DNA of 64,000 bases from an uncultured Gemmatimonadaceae bacterium (lineage in GTDB: Bacteria > Gemmatimonadota > Gemmatimonadetes > Gemmatimonadales > Gemmatimonadaceae). The stretch is from the NCBI GenBank assembly GCA_963781585.1, contig CAWAGQ010000004.1, positions 352,001-416,000 of the forward strand. Direction: 5' to 3'. Made by a program: the position numbers and the translations under genes. Positions 49,655-60,352 of this stretch are shown here, piece after piece (position 1 is the first letter of the stretch; each line of letters opens with the position of its first letter). Under the pieces are notes generated by a model, which saw only the letters and a list, made by a program, of their open reading frames with translations, was not told where the DNA came from and ran no database searches.

Positions 49655-51871
49655 GTGCCACTCGTCACACTGGCGTACCTTGCCGTCGCCGCCGGGCTCC
49701 TGATGGGGTTCGGCGGCGCGGTGCTGCTGGGGGCCGGGTGCGCCATCGCGCTCTTTGCCGCGGGCGTGCAGCGCCGTCAGGCGACGCCGTCGGTGTTGGG
49801 GGTGCTGGTGGTGGCCGCGGTAGCGCTGGCCCACTTCTCGGGGCGCGCGGACGAGCGATGTGCGCGTGCCATCGCGGCAAGCGGGGCGGCGCGCGTTCGC
49901 CTCGGTGAGGACGTGCGGCCGCGCCGCAACGCGCGGGGCGTGGCGCTGGGAGCGGGATGCCGCGTGCCGGTGCGGGTGGGTGTCGATTCAGGACACGCGG
50001 TCGCGGGTGCGTTGGTGGACGTGCACGGCGAGAGCCGACGCGATGGCGGCATGGTCACGTTCACCGGTGCCCGGATTGCCGTTCGCGCCCAGCCCGGGGT
50101 GCTGGCGAAATGGCGGGCGCGCACCGGACGGACCATCGACGAGATCTACGGAGCTCAGGCGCCACTGGCGCGGGCGCTCCTGATCGCCGACGAACACGAC
50201 ATCGCGCCTGAGGTACGTCGCCAGTTCGCCGACGCCGGGATTATCCACATGCTCTCGGTCTCGGGTCTGCACGTCGGGATTCTGGCGGAAGCGGTGGCCC
50301 TTGCGGCGCTGCTGCTGGGCGCGGGTGTCCGGCGGGCCGAGGTGGCGGCGGTGGTGGTCACCGCGTGCTTCGTGCTGTTCGTGGGGGCGCCGGCGCCCGC
50401 GGTGCGGGCCGGCGCGATGTATGCGGCCGTGGTCGCGGCCCGGCGGCTGCAGCGTCCCACCTCACCGTGGGCGCTGCTCGCGTTAGGCGCGGCGGTTCCG
50501 CTGCTCGATCCGAGGGCGGTGCGCGAAGTGGGGTACCAGCTCAGCAGCGTGGGCATGGCGGGACTGATCGCCAGTGGTGCGCTGTTCCGGCGCCTGTCCT
50601 TCCCCAAAGCACCCGCCTGGACGCTGCGCGCGATGCGCGAGATGCTCGCGACCGTCGTGGCCAGCGCGGTCACGGCGCCGATCGTCGCCTGGCACTTCGG
50701 ACGGGTGAGCCTGGCCGCGCCGATCACCAACCTGGCGGCGGCCCCGCTGTTCGGCCTCGCGCAGCCCGCGCTGTTCGTGTCGCTGCTCTGCTTCCCGGTG
50801 CGCCCGGTGGCGCGGTTCGTGGCCGGCGGCACGGGCGTGCTGCTGGCTGCCATCTCGCGCGTGGCCGCCTGGGGTGCGTCCGTCCCGGGAGCGGCGCTGG
50901 ACGTGATGCCAAGCGCCTTCACCGCGGCACTGATGGCGGTTGCGGCCGGCGCCCTGATCACGACCTGCGCAGCCCGGCGGTGGGCGAGACCGGCGCTTGC
51001 GGGCATTGGCGCAGTGGCTACGGCGCTATGGTGGCCCTTGCTGGCCCCGTCAGGGACGCGGCTCGAGGTGCACATGATCGACGTCGGACAGGGGGACGCC
51101 ATCGCGCTGCGAACACCCGCCGGGCGATGGATCGTGGTGGACGCGGGGGACGCATGGCGGAACGGCGACGCGGGCGCGCGGATTGTCGCCCCCTACCTCC
51201 GGCGGCGCGGCGGAGACGTGGCGGCGCTGGTGCTCACGCATCCGCACAGCGATCACATCGGCGGGGCGGCGAGTCTGCTGCGCCTGACGTCGGTAGCGGC
51301 AGTCTACGATGGCGGTGTGGTGTACCCGAGCGACGTCTATGACTCGCTGCTGACGCGCACCCGGGCCGCGCATGTCGCCTGGCGCCTTGCCCGGACCGGC
51401 GACAGCCTCACGGTCGACGGCGTGCGCCTGCGGATTCTGGGTCCGGATTCGATCACCGCCGCACGGGCTCGGGATCCCAACGAAGCCAGCGTGGTGGTCA
51501 TGGCCGAGTACCGAGGCGCCCGTGTGCTCCTCACCGGCGATGCCGAGCGTGCCGAGGAGTCCCGGATACTCGATCGCTTCGGCGACGAAATACACGCGGA
51601 CGTGCTGAAGGTGGGTCACCACGGCAGCATCACCAGCAGCACGGCACCGTTTCTCGATGCTGTTCACCCGCGCGTGGCGCTGGTGAGCGTCGGCGCCGAC
51701 AACAGCTACGGCCATCCCAGCGCGCAGGTGATGCACGATCTGCAACGGCGGCAGGTGGAACTGCTGCGCACGGACCAGGACGGGACCGTTGTGGTGAGCA
51801 CCGATGGGAAAACGCTCCGCATTCGCACCGACGAGGCGTCGTGGGAGTTGCGAATCCGATCGGTGCGGTAG
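49655..51871 (+). CDS. comEC: DNA internalization competence protein ComEC/Rec2
   Basis: HMLSVSGLH, multi-TM core, metallo-beta-lactamase domain (DVGQGD, THPHSDHIGG, TGD, KVGHHGS, YGHP). Confidence 0.93.
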   Translation: MPLVTLAYLAVAAGLLMGFGGAVLLGAGCAIALFAAGVQRRQATPSVLGVLVVAAVALAHFSGRADERCARAIAASGAARVRLGEDVRPRRNARGVALGAGCRVPVRVGVDSGHAVAGALVDVHGESRRDGGMVTFTGARIAVRAQPGVLAKWRARTGRTIDEIYGAQAPLARALLIADEHDIAPEVRRQFADAGIIHMLSVSGLHVGILAEAVALAALLLGAGVRRAEVAAVVVTACFVLFVGAPAPAVRAGAMYAAVVAARRLQRPTSPWALLALGAAVPLLDPRAVREVGYQLSSVGMAGLIASGALFRRLSFPKAPAWTLRAMREMLATVVASAVTAPIVAWHFGRVSLAAPITNLAAAPLFGLAQPALFVSLLCFPVRPVARFVAGGTGVLLAAISRVAAWGASVPGAALDVMPSAFTAALMAVAAGALITTCAARRWARPALAGIGAVATALWWPLLAPSGTRLEVHMIDVGQGDAIALRTPAGRWIVVDAGDAWRNGDAGARIVAPYLRRRGGDVAALVLTHPHSDHIGGAASLLRLTSVAAVYDGGVVYPSDVYDSLLTRTRAAHVAWRLARTGDSLTVDGVRLRILGPDSITAARARDPNEASVVVMAEYRGARVLLTGDAERAEESRILDRFGDEIHADVLKVGHHGSITSSTAPFLDAVHPRVALVSVGADNSYGHPSAQVMHDLQRRQVELLRTDQDGTVVVSTDGKTLRIRTDEASWELRIRSVR

Positions 51872-52125
51872 ACACGCCGGGTGCGTACCCCGGCGACCGG
51901 CGCGGCACGCCGGTGCGGCCCACGCCGCGCGTGTCAGCGGAATTGCCCTTGCACGAGTTTTGCTACCTACCGCAGTTTGAGACCGGCCGCGCACTCCCGG
52001 ATCGTTCCTCGCCCGGGAGCGCCAGATCGCGCGGCGCGAGAATCTGGTCTCGAAGTCGATCCATGGCAGGTCGCCGCGTGATGGTGCGCATCAAACGCCG
52101 ATCCCCCAATCGAGGACGTCCATCC

Positions 52126-53151
52126 GTGGTCAAGCACACCGACACATCGGTCGTCACCATCGAGCGCTTCATCATCGAAATGGAGCGGCAGTTCCCCGAG
52201 GCGACCGGCGAGCTCTCGGGGATTCTGTACGACGTCGCACTCGCCGCCAAGATGATCGCGAACAAGGTCCGGCGGGCCGGTCTGGTCGATATCCTCGGCG
52301 CGCTCGAGACGGAGAACGTGCAGGGCGAGATTCAGCAGAAACTCGATGTGTTTGCGAACGAGACCATCATCAAGGCCATGGACCACGGTGGCCGGCTGGC
52401 CGCGATGGCGTCGGAGGAAGATCCGGACATCATTCCAATCCCGGCCGAGTTCAAGTGCGGGAAGTACGTGCTGCTCTTCGACCCGCTCGACGGCTCGTCG
52501 AACATCGATGTAAACGTACCCGTGGGCACGATCTTTTCCGTACTCAAGAAAATCACCCGTGGGGTTCGCGGCGACATGGAAGACATGCTGCAGCCGGGAC
52601 GCCGTCAGGTCGTTGCGGGCTACGTGATCTACGGTTCGAGCACGATGCTGGTGTACACCGCGGGACAGGGTGTACATGGATTCACCCTCGACCCCACGCT
52701 TGGCGAGTTCCTGCTCACCAATGCCGACATCAAGATCCCCACCCGCGGGCGCTATCTCTCGGTGAACAACGCCTACGAGCAGATCTGGGATGATCCGGTC
52801 AAGACCCTGATGCGGCGCTACCGCGGTCTCGACGGCGTGCAGAAGCCGATGAGCGAGCGCTACGTGGGTTCGCTGGTGGCCGATTTCCACCGCAACCTGC
52901 TCGGGGGCGGGCTGTTCGCGTACCCGGCGAATCGGCAGAGCCACCATGGGAAGCTCCGCCTGCTCTACGAAGCGAACCCGCTGGCGTTCGTCGTCACCGA
53001 GGCGGGCGGCGCGGCCATCGACGGCACCACCGACATCCTCGATATTCACCCCACCGCGCTGCACCAGCGCACGCCGCTGTACATTGGCAGCAAGGGGGAT
53101 GTGGAGACGGCCCGGGAGATTCTCGCCGCCAGGCTGGTGGAATCGGCCTGA
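52126..53151 (+). CDS. fbp: Class 1 fructose-1,6-bisphosphatase
   Basis: QQKLD, ASEE, FDPLDGSSN, YVGSLVADFHR, KLRLLYE. GAGGA lies upstream of GTG 52126. Confidence 0.96.
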   Translation: MVKHTDTSVVTIERFIIEMERQFPEATGELSGILYDVALAAKMIANKVRRAGLVDILGALETENVQGEIQQKLDVFANETIIKAMDHGGRLAAMASEEDPDIIPIPAEFKCGKYVLLFDPLDGSSNIDVNVPVGTIFSVLKKITRGVRGDMEDMLQPGRRQVVAGYVIYGSSTMLVYTAGQGVHGFTLDPTLGEFLLTNADIKIPTRGRYLSVNNAYEQIWDDPVKTLMRRYRGLDGVQKPMSERYVGSLVADFHRNLLGGGLFAYPANRQSHHGKLRLLYEANPLAFVVTEAGGAAIDGTTDILDIHPTALHQRTPLYIGSKGDVETAREILAARLVESA

Positions 53152-53214
53152 TCGAGCCCGGAGTACAGAAGCCGGAGTCGCTCTTCGCGTGGCCGGGGGT
53201 TTGATTTCTCGGGC

Positions 53215-54831
53215 ATGACCGACGACACAGACGCGCGTGCCACGCCGTCGGGGATCCCGGTCGAGAGAGTCTACGGTCCGGACGACCTGGCCCCCGACTA
53301 TCGCCAATCGTTAGGCGATCCGGGACGCTTCCCGTTCACCCGCGGCATCCAGGCCACCATGTACCGCGGCCGGCTCTGGACCATGCGCCAGTACGCGGGC
53401 TTCGGAACTGCCGCCGAGACCAACGCCCGGTTCCGGCACCTCCTCGACGCCGGGCAGACCGGCCTGTCGGTGGCCTTCGATCTGCCGACGCAGATGGGAC
53501 TCGACTCCGACGCTCCGCTGTCGCGTGGCGAAGTCGGGCGGGTGGGGGTGGCGATCGATTCGGTCGAGGACATGCACGTCCTCCTGGCCGATCTCCCACT
53601 CGAAGCGGTGACCACCTCCATGACCATCAACGCCACGGCGGCCACGCTGCTGGCGATGTACATCGTGGTCGCCGAAGAGCGCGGCATCGACCGTGCCCGC
53701 CTCGGCGGCACCGTGCAGAACGACATCCTCAAGGAGTACATCGCTCGCGGAACCTACATCTATCCCCCCGGCCCCAGCCTGCGACTCACCACCGAGGTGT
53801 TCCGCTTCTGCGCCGCCGAGGTGCCGAGCTGGAATCCGATCTCCATTTCCGGCTATCACATCCGCGAGGCGGGCGCGACCGCCGTGCAGGAGCTCGCGTT
53901 CACCTTCGCCAACATGCTCGAGTACGCGCGTGGCGCGGTGGAGGCGGGCCTGCCGGTCGACACGTTTGCACCGCGGTTTTCGTTCTTCTTCGCGTCACAT
54001 AACGACTTGTTCGAGGAAGTAGCGAAGTTCCGCGCCGCCCGACGGCTGTACGCCCGCCTGATGCGCGAGCAATTCGGAGCGTCGGATGCCACCTGCCGCC
54101 TGCGCTTCCATACTCAGACCGGCGGCGTAACGCTGACCGCGCAGCAGCCCTTGAACAACGTGGTTCGAGTCACCGTCCAGGCGCTGGCGGCGACGCTCGG
54201 AGGCACCCAATCGCTCCATACCAACGGCTACGACGAAGCGCTGGCCCTGCCTGGCGAGCAGGCGGCGACCCTCGCGTTGCGAACGCAGCAGCTCATCGCG
54301 CATGAGTCCGGGATCGCGAATACGGTCGATCCGATGGCCGGCAGCTTTTACGTCGAACATCTGACCGACGAACTGGAGCGCCGCGCCTGCGAACTGCTGT
54401 CGCGGATCGACGCGCTCGGCGGGGCCGCGCGCGCCATCGCGGCCGGTTTCGTTCAGGAGGAGATCGCACGGAGCGCCTGGGAGGCGCAGCAGCGCGTGGA
54501 GTCGGGAGCCGCCACCGTGGTAGGCGTGAACCGCTACCTGGACGACCAGCCGGCTCCCATTCTGCCCCAGCCCGATTTCTCGCAGCTCGAGCGCGAGCAG
54601 ATCGAACGCGTGCGCGCGCTCCGGGATCGGCGCGACGCGGCAGGCGTTCGATCGGCGCTGTCCGCGCTGCGCGGCATCGCCCGGTCCTATCGCGATGACT
54701 CGTCTTCCGCGGTTCTGTCGAGGCCTCCGGTCGTTCCTGCCATCCTCGGGGCCGTGCGGGCGCGGGCGACGGTTGGCGAAATCTCGCAGGCGCTGGCCGA
54801 GGAGTGGGGTGCCCACGACCACGCGGGCTAG
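53215..54831 (+). CDS. Methylmalonyl-CoA mutase, substrate-binding large subunit (split type)
   Basis: [15 protein letters not shown] (Tyr), [12 protein letters not shown] (Arg), SLHTNGYDE. No DxHxxG cobalamin domain. Confidence 0.9.
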   Translation: MTDDTDARATPSGIPVERVYGPDDLAPDYRQSLGDPGRFPFTRGIQATMYRGRLWTMRQYAGFGTAAETNARFRHLLDAGQTGLSVAFDLPTQMGLDSDAPLSRGEVGRVGVAIDSVEDMHVLLADLPLEAVTTSMTINATAATLLAMYIVVAEERGIDRARLGGTVQNDILKEYIARGTYIYPPGPSLRLTTEVFRFCAAEVPSWNPISISGYHIREAGATAVQELAFTFANMLEYARGAVEAGLPVDTFAPRFSFFFASHNDLFEEVAKFRAARRLYARLMREQFGASDATCRLRFHTQTGGVTLTAQQPLNNVVRVTVQALAATLGGTQSLHTNGYDEALALPGEQAATLALRTQQLIAHESGIANTVDPMAGSFYVEHLTDELERRACELLSRIDALGGAARAIAAGFVQEEIARSAWEAQQRVESGAATVVGVNRYLDDQPAPILPQPDFSQLEREQIERVRALRDRRDAAGVRSALSALRGIARSYRDDSSSAVLSRPPVVPAILGAVRARATVGEISQALAEEWGAHDHAG

Positions 54832-54926
54832 ATGCAGGGAGAGCCATGCGACCTGGTTGCGGTCCGACATGGCGCGGTGTGTCCGAGTTCCACGACACGC
54901 GAGATGCATCGTCGTAAGTTCTTCGC

Positions 54927-54955
54927 TTGAAGGAGTTTTCGCGTCCCAGTAGCTT
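54927..54955 (+). promoter_or_regulatory. Putative sigma70 promoter of the fmdB-like/argS operon
   Basis: TTGAAG, 17 nt, TAGCTT. Confidence 0.5.
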
Positions 54956-54989
54956 TAGACCCATTCACCCCGCTGACGCGACGGTCGCT

Positions 54990-55343
54990 TTGCCTACCTA
55001 CGAGTATCGGTGCCCCGAGGGGCATGAGTTCGAGCACTTCTACCGCACCATGGCGGGCGCGGAAGCCGAACTGCCATGTCCGGTGTGCGGGAAGACGGCC
55101 CAGCGCAAGGTATCCGGCGGCGCCGGGCTGGTCTTCAAGGGCTCCGGGTTCTACATCACGGACTATGGCAAGGACGGCAAGAAGGATCTGCGGCGGGGCG
55201 GGACTGGTCGCTCGTCAGGCGGCGCGGACGGTGGAGGCTCCACCGGAAGCGAGAAGTCCTCGGCGGGGAGCGGCGACAGCAACTCCTCCAGCCCGGGAAG
55301 CGAGAAGGAGAAGAAGAACGAAGCGAAGAAACCTGACGAATGA
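54990..55343 (+). CDS. FmdB-family zinc-ribbon protein
   Basis: PTYEYRCPEGHEFE...CPVCG...FKGSGFYITDY with an S/G/K-rich tail. TTG start. Confidence 0.88.
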   Translation: MPTYEYRCPEGHEFEHFYRTMAGAEAELPCPVCGKTAQRKVSGGAGLVFKGSGFYITDYGKDGKKDLRRGGTGRSSGGADGGGSTGSEKSSAGSGDSNSSSPGSEKEKKNEAKKPDE

Positions 55344-56983
55344 CGCGCGAGGCGATTCTGCGCGATGAACTGATCGCGTCCGCGCGAGCATTGGGTGCGC
55401 CCGATTCCGTGGATCCGGTTATCGAACGACCCCGCGATCCGTCCTTCGGCGACCTCTCGACAAACCTCGCGATGACCCTGGCGCGGCACCTTCGTCGCAA
55501 GCCGCACGACATCGCGCGCGAACTCATCGCGCACCTGAACCTCGGGCGCGCGGGCGTGCGCGAGGCCACCGTCGCGGGCGCCGGCTTCATCAACTTCCGT
55601 CTCGACGCCGCAGCGGCGACCCGCGGTCTCGCCGACGCCATTGCCGCCGACGCGCGGTACGGGCGCAGCGACGAAGGGCAGGGGCGCACGTTCAACGTGG
55701 AATTCGTGTCGGCCAATCCCACCGGACCCCTGCATGTGGGGCACGGACGACAGGCTGCGCTGGGTGATGCGATTGCGTCGCTGCTGGACTGGACGGGCTG
55801 GAACGTGACCCGCGAGTTCTACTACAACGATGCGGGTGCGCAGATCGAGAATCTCGCAGGCAGCGTGCAGGCGCGACTGCGGGAGGTCCGTTCCGGGGTG
55901 CTGGAGCTTCCGGAAGGCGGCTACCACGGCGAGTACATCAGGGACATTGCCGCCGCGTACGTGCTCGAGCATCCGGACGATCCGCTCGGCGACCTCCTCG
56001 ACCAGGTCCGATCGTTCGCGGTGCGGGCGCTGCGCCTTGAGCAGGATCGCGATCTCCAGGCATTCGGCGTCCGGTTCGACAAGTACTTTCTCGAATCATC
56101 GCTGTACTCCGACGGGCGCGTCGACGAGACGGTGCAGATGCTGGAGCAGGGCGGCCACGTCTACGACAAGGAGGGCGCTCTCTGGTTGCGCACCACGGAC
56201 TACGGCGACGACAAGGACCGGGTGATGCGGAAGTCGGACGGGACCTACACGTACTTCGTGCCGGACGTGGCCTACCACGTCACCAAGTGGCGCCGCGGGT
56301 TCCGCCACGCGGTGAACGTGCAGGGGAGTGATCACCACGGCACCATCGTGCGCGTCCGCGCCGGCCTGCAAGCCCTCAATCTGGGGATTCCGGACGGTTA
56401 TCCCGAATATCAGCTCCACCAGATGGTGACGGTCACGCGCGGCGGAGACGAGGTGAAGATCTCGAAGCGCGCCGGTAGTTACGTGACGGTGCGCGATCTG
56501 GTGGACGAGGTTGGGCGTGACGCGGTGCGCTATTTCTTCCTGATGCGCAAAGCGGACAGTCAGCTCGTGTTCGACGTCGACCTCGCGCGGTCGCAGTCCG
56601 AGGAGAATCCGGTTTACTACATTCAGATGGCGCATGCGCGGATGTGCGGCATCTTCCGCGTGGGCAACCTGGATGTCGCATCGACCAGCGCCGAGGGAGT
56701 CGACTTTTCGTTGCTGTCCGAAGACGTGGAACGCAACCTTGCCGCGTCACTCTGCGACTTTCCCCGCACCGTGGCCAGCGCGGCGGCCGCACGCGAGCCG
56801 CAGCGACTGGCGGTGTTCCTGCACGACACTGCTCAACTCGTGCACAACTGGTATCATCGGTACCGCGTACTGGAGGCGCCGCCCGGCGTGAGGGAAGCGA
56901 GGCTCGTCCTGGCGCGCGCCTCCCAGATCGTGGTGCGCAACGGCCTCGCCATCCTCGGAATTTCCGCACCGGAGCGAATGTGA
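55340..56983 (+). CDS. argS: Arginine--tRNA ligase
   Basis: FVSANPTGPLHVGH, KISKRAG, YYIQMAHAR, C-terminal APERM. Confidence 0.96.
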   Translation: MTREAILRDELIASARALGAPDSVDPVIERPRDPSFGDLSTNLAMTLARHLRRKPHDIARELIAHLNLGRAGVREATVAGAGFINFRLDAAAATRGLADAIAADARYGRSDEGQGRTFNVEFVSANPTGPLHVGHGRQAALGDAIASLLDWTGWNVTREFYYNDAGAQIENLAGSVQARLREVRSGVLELPEGGYHGEYIRDIAAAYVLEHPDDPLGDLLDQVRSFAVRALRLEQDRDLQAFGVRFDKYFLESSLYSDGRVDETVQMLEQGGHVYDKEGALWLRTTDYGDDKDRVMRKSDGTYTYFVPDVAYHVTKWRRGFRHAVNVQGSDHHGTIVRVRAGLQALNLGIPDGYPEYQLHQMVTVTRGGDEVKISKRAGSYVTVRDLVDEVGRDAVRYFFLMRKADSQLVFDVDLARSQSEENPVYYIQMAHARMCGIFRVGNLDVASTSAEGVDFSLLSEDVERNLAASLCDFPRTVASAAAAREPQRLAVFLHDTAQLVHNWYHRYRVLEAPPGVREARLVLARASQIVVRNGLAILGISAPERM

Positions 56984-57065
56984 CGTCGCCAGGTTCCGCC
57001 GGTGACGCTCGGAGAGATTCCCGCGCCGCGCTCGCGGTTAGGCGCCGTCCCCGTTTCCCTGTCGC

Positions 57066-57986
57066 ATGTCTACGGTTCTGGTAGTCGGCTCGGTCGCGCT
57101 CGATTCGGTGGAAACGCCGTTCGGGCGGATAGAGGACGCGATTGGCGGATCGGGAACGTTCTTCGCCGCGTCGGCCGCCCACTTCACGCCCGTCCAGCTG
57201 GTGGGCGTTGTGGGCAGCGACTACCCGGTGGCCAGGCTCGAGTCGCTGCGCGCGCGCGGCGTGTCGCTCGACGGTCTCGAACAGATCGAGGGTGAGTCGT
57301 TTCGCTGGCGGGGCCGCTATCGGCACGACCTCAATGCCGCCGAGACGCTCGAGACGCGCCTGGGAGTGTTCTCGAACTTTCGTCCCAAGATCCCGGAGGC
57401 GTTTCGGAGCGCGCCCTACGTCTTCCTGGCGAACATCGACCCGCGGCTGCAGCTCGACGTCTTGCGCCAGGTGGATCGTCCCCAGCTGGTGGCGTGCGAT
57501 ACGATGAACTTCTGGATCGAGAGCCGGCGCAACGAGCTGCTCGAGTTGCTCGCCCGGGTCGACATTCTCCTGGTGAACGACGGCGAGGCGCGCCAGCTCA
57601 CCGAGGAGTACAACCTGGTCCGTGCGGCCCGCTGGATTCTGGAGCGCGGGCCGAAGCACGTGGTGATCAAGAAGGGTGAACACGGCGCGTACATGTTCTC
57701 GGCCCACTCGGTCTTCTTCGCGCCGGCGTATCCGCTCGAGAACGTGTTCGACCCCACCGGCGCCGGCGATTCCTTCGCGGGCGGGTTCATCGGATATCTG
57801 GCGCGCACCGGACGGTCGGACGAACAGGCCATGCGACGTGCGGTCGTGTACGGATCCACCATGGGCTCGTTCGCCGTCGAGGCGTTTTCGATCGAGCGCC
57901 TGCTCGAGGTGCATCGGGTGGACATCGCCCGGCGGCTGGAGGAATTCCGGACGCTGGTGGCCTTCGAGGAGGAGATCGAGGGGTGA
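57066..57986 (+). CDS. PfkB-family carbohydrate/nucleoside kinase
   Basis: GGSG, DTMNFWI, KKGEHG, DPTGAGDSFAGG. Confidence 0.92.
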   Translation: MSTVLVVGSVALDSVETPFGRIEDAIGGSGTFFAASAAHFTPVQLVGVVGSDYPVARLESLRARGVSLDGLEQIEGESFRWRGRYRHDLNAAETLETRLGVFSNFRPKIPEAFRSAPYVFLANIDPRLQLDVLRQVDRPQLVACDTMNFWIESRRNELLELLARVDILLVNDGEARQLTEEYNLVRAARWILERGPKHVVIKKGEHGAYMFSAHSVFFAPAYPLENVFDPTGAGDSFAGGFIGYLARTGRSDEQAMRRAVVYGSTMGSFAVEAFSIERLLEVHRVDIARRLEEFRTLVAFEEEIEG

Positions 57987-59014
57987 GCACGCCGCTCGAC
58001 TACCGCACGGCGGGGGTGGACATCGCGCTGGCCGACGACGCGAAACGCCGGATGCGCGCGCTGGTGGAGTCGACGCGTACCGCCGACACCCTCGGTGCGT
58101 TCGGTGCCTTCGGCGGGCTCCACCGCGCCCCGGGCGGCCGGCACCCGGTGCTGGTCGCCAGCGCCGACGGCGTGGGAACGAAGATCAGGGTCGCGATCGA
58201 CGCCGGACGCCACGACAGCGTCGGACACGATCTCGTGAACCACTGCGTCAACGACATCCTCGCCCAGGGCGCCACCCCGCTCTTCTTTCTGGACTACATC
58301 GCGTTCGGGGCGCTCGATCCGGCCGTCGCCGAATCCGTGGTGGCGGGCGTGGCCGCTGGATGCCGCGAGAACGGGTGCGCGCTGCTGGGCGGCGAGACCG
58401 CCGAGATGCCGGGCCTCTACACGCCTCCCGACTACGATCTGGCGGGTTTCATGGTCGGGGCGGTGGAGGAGGAGGCGCTGCTCGGAGCGGACCGGGTGCG
58501 GGCCGGCGACGCGGTGATCGCTCTGGAGAGCCGCGGTCTGCATACCAACGGGTACTCACTGGCGCGGCGCATTCTGGCGGACCGGCTTCGGCTCGGTGCC
58601 GATGACCCTTTCCCGGGCGAGGACGGAGCCACGGTGGCCGATGTGCTGTTGCGCGTGCACCGATCGTACCTGGGCGTGCTCCGGCCGTTTCTGCCCGAGC
58701 TGCACGCGCTGGCGCACATCACCGGGGGCGGCATCCCCGGAAATCTCGGCCGCGTTCTGCCGGCCGCGCTGGACGCGGTGGTGCACCTGGCCTCGTGGCC
58801 GGTGCCTAACGTTTTCCGGGTGCTGGCCGGGGCAGGCGAGGTGAAGGCGGAGGAGATGTACCGTGCGTTCAACATGGGGGCCGGCATGCTGGCGGTCGCG
58901 GCGCCGGCGGTGGGCCTGCGACTCATGGCCGCGGCCACCGCCGCCGGCACCCGCGCCTGGCAGGCCGGTGAAATCACAGCCGGATCCGGCCGCGTCGTGC
59001 TGCGCGGGGAGTAG
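57983..59014 (+). CDS. purM: Phosphoribosylformylglycinamidine cyclo-ligase
   Basis: DGVGTK, CVND, FFLDY, GGETAEMPG, GLHTNGYSL, HITGGG, FNMG. Confidence 0.96.
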   Translation: MSTPLDYRTAGVDIALADDAKRRMRALVESTRTADTLGAFGAFGGLHRAPGGRHPVLVASADGVGTKIRVAIDAGRHDSVGHDLVNHCVNDILAQGATPLFFLDYIAFGALDPAVAESVVAGVAAGCRENGCALLGGETAEMPGLYTPPDYDLAGFMVGAVEEEALLGADRVRAGDAVIALESRGLHTNGYSLARRILADRLRLGADDPFPGEDGATVADVLLRVHRSYLGVLRPFLPELHALAHITGGGIPGNLGRVLPAALDAVVHLASWPVPNVFRVLAGAGEVKAEEMYRAFNMGAGMLAVAAPAVGLRLMAAATAAGTRAWQAGEITAGSGRVVLRGE

Positions 59015-59021
59015 AGTCCAC

Positions 59022-59249
59022 ATGCGTGGCCCTCCCGATGCGGCGTTAGGCGGCAACCTGGCAGCGTCAGCGGCCGCCGCGCGCGTCCCGCGGGCATTTG
59101 CCGACCCGGCCCTCAACCTGACGCAGGTGCGGGTCGCCCCCGGGGTCGGACGCTCCTTGGGCGAGGTCCGGACGCTCAACTCGTTTGGTCCGGACCGCGC
59201 CGACGACGCCGTGGTGTTCGCCGCACTCGGGGCGCGTGCGCATTGGTAG
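59022..59249 (+). other. Possible 75-aa ORF or gene remnant between purM and ribD
   Basis: ATG 59022 with upstream GGGAG. The stop overlaps the ribD start, and the ORF ends VFAALGARAHW. Confidence 0.4.
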
Positions 59250-60352
59250 ACGCGCGAGCACCGGACGAGCAGGGCGCCGACGCCGACGCGGCATTCATGC
59301 GTCGCGCGCTCGAGCTCGCGCGGGCGGGTTGGGGGCAGACCTCCCCCAATCCGATGGTCGGCGCGGTCGTGGTACGCGATGGCGCGATTGTCGGGGAAGG
59401 CGCCCATCGGCAGTTCGGGGGCCCCCACGCCGAGGTCGAGGCGCTGAGCGCGGCCGGAAGCAGGGCGCGCGGGGCCACGCTGTACGTCACCCTCGAGCCC
59501 TGCGTGCACCAGGGCAAGACGCCGCCCTGCGTGACGGCAATCGTGGCCGCCGGCATCCGGCGCGTGGTCGTCGCCATGCGGGATCGCAACCCCGAGGCGG
59601 CCGGCGGACTGGAGCGGCTCCGCACGGCCGGGCTGTCGGTCGACGCCGGTCCCGGCGCGGAGGCCGCGCTCGAGCTGAACGCGGCGTACTTCCATTCGTA
59701 TGCAGCCCAACGTCCGTGGACGACCCTCAAGCTCGCCGTGTCGCTCGACGGAGCCATTGCCGACTACACCCGGGAACCCGGATGGATGACCGGAGAGGCG
59801 GCGCGTCAGGCGGTGCACCGCCTGCGGGCGGGCCACGACGTCATCGCGGTGGGAATGGGCACCGTACTCACCGATGATCCGCAACTCACCGTGCGTGACG
59901 CGCCGCTGCCGAGGGTCCCGCCGCTTCGCGCGGTGTTCTCGCGCACCGGCCGCCTGCCGTTGACCTCGCGGCTGGCGCAATCGGTGCACGAGGCTCCGGT
60001 CCTCGTGTTCGCCCAGTCGATCGATCCGGCGTACGAGCAGCTGCTCCGGCAGCTGGGTGTGGAGGTGGTGCTCGTGCCGTTGCTCGACGACGCGATGCGG
60101 CTGCTCGTCTCGCGGGGCCACCGCGCACTCCTCGTGGAAGGAGGCGCGCGGCTGGGTGCATCACTGATGGAGGCGAAGCTCGTTGACCGGCTGGTTGTTT
60201 TTCAGGCGCCGCTCATCCTCGGGGCGGGCGCGGTCAACGCCTTCGCCGCGATTCCATCCCGCCGAGTGGGCGAAGCCCCCCGACTGCGGATCGTGACCCG
60301 CGAACCGCTGGGGGACGATCTGATGACGGTCTTCGCACTGGATCGGTCCTGA
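59243..60352 (+). CDS. ribD: Riboflavin biosynthesis deaminase/reductase
   Basis: PNPMVG, HAE, TLEPC...TPPC, SLDG, DDPQL, VEGG. Confidence 0.96.
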   Translation: MVDARAPDEQGADADAAFMRRALELARAGWGQTSPNPMVGAVVVRDGAIVGEGAHRQFGGPHAEVEALSAAGSRARGATLYVTLEPCVHQGKTPPCVTAIVAAGIRRVVVAMRDRNPEAAGGLERLRTAGLSVDAGPGAEAALELNAAYFHSYAAQRPWTTLKLAVSLDGAIADYTREPGWMTGEAARQAVHRLRAGHDVIAVGMGTVLTDDPQLTVRDAPLPRVPPLRAVFSRTGRLPLTSRLAQSVHEAPVLVFAQSIDPAYEQLLRQLGVEVVLVPLLDDAMRLLVSRGHRALLVEGGARLGASLMEAKLVDRLVVFQAPLILGAGAVNAFAAIPSRRVGEAPRLRIVTREPLGDDLMTVFALDRS

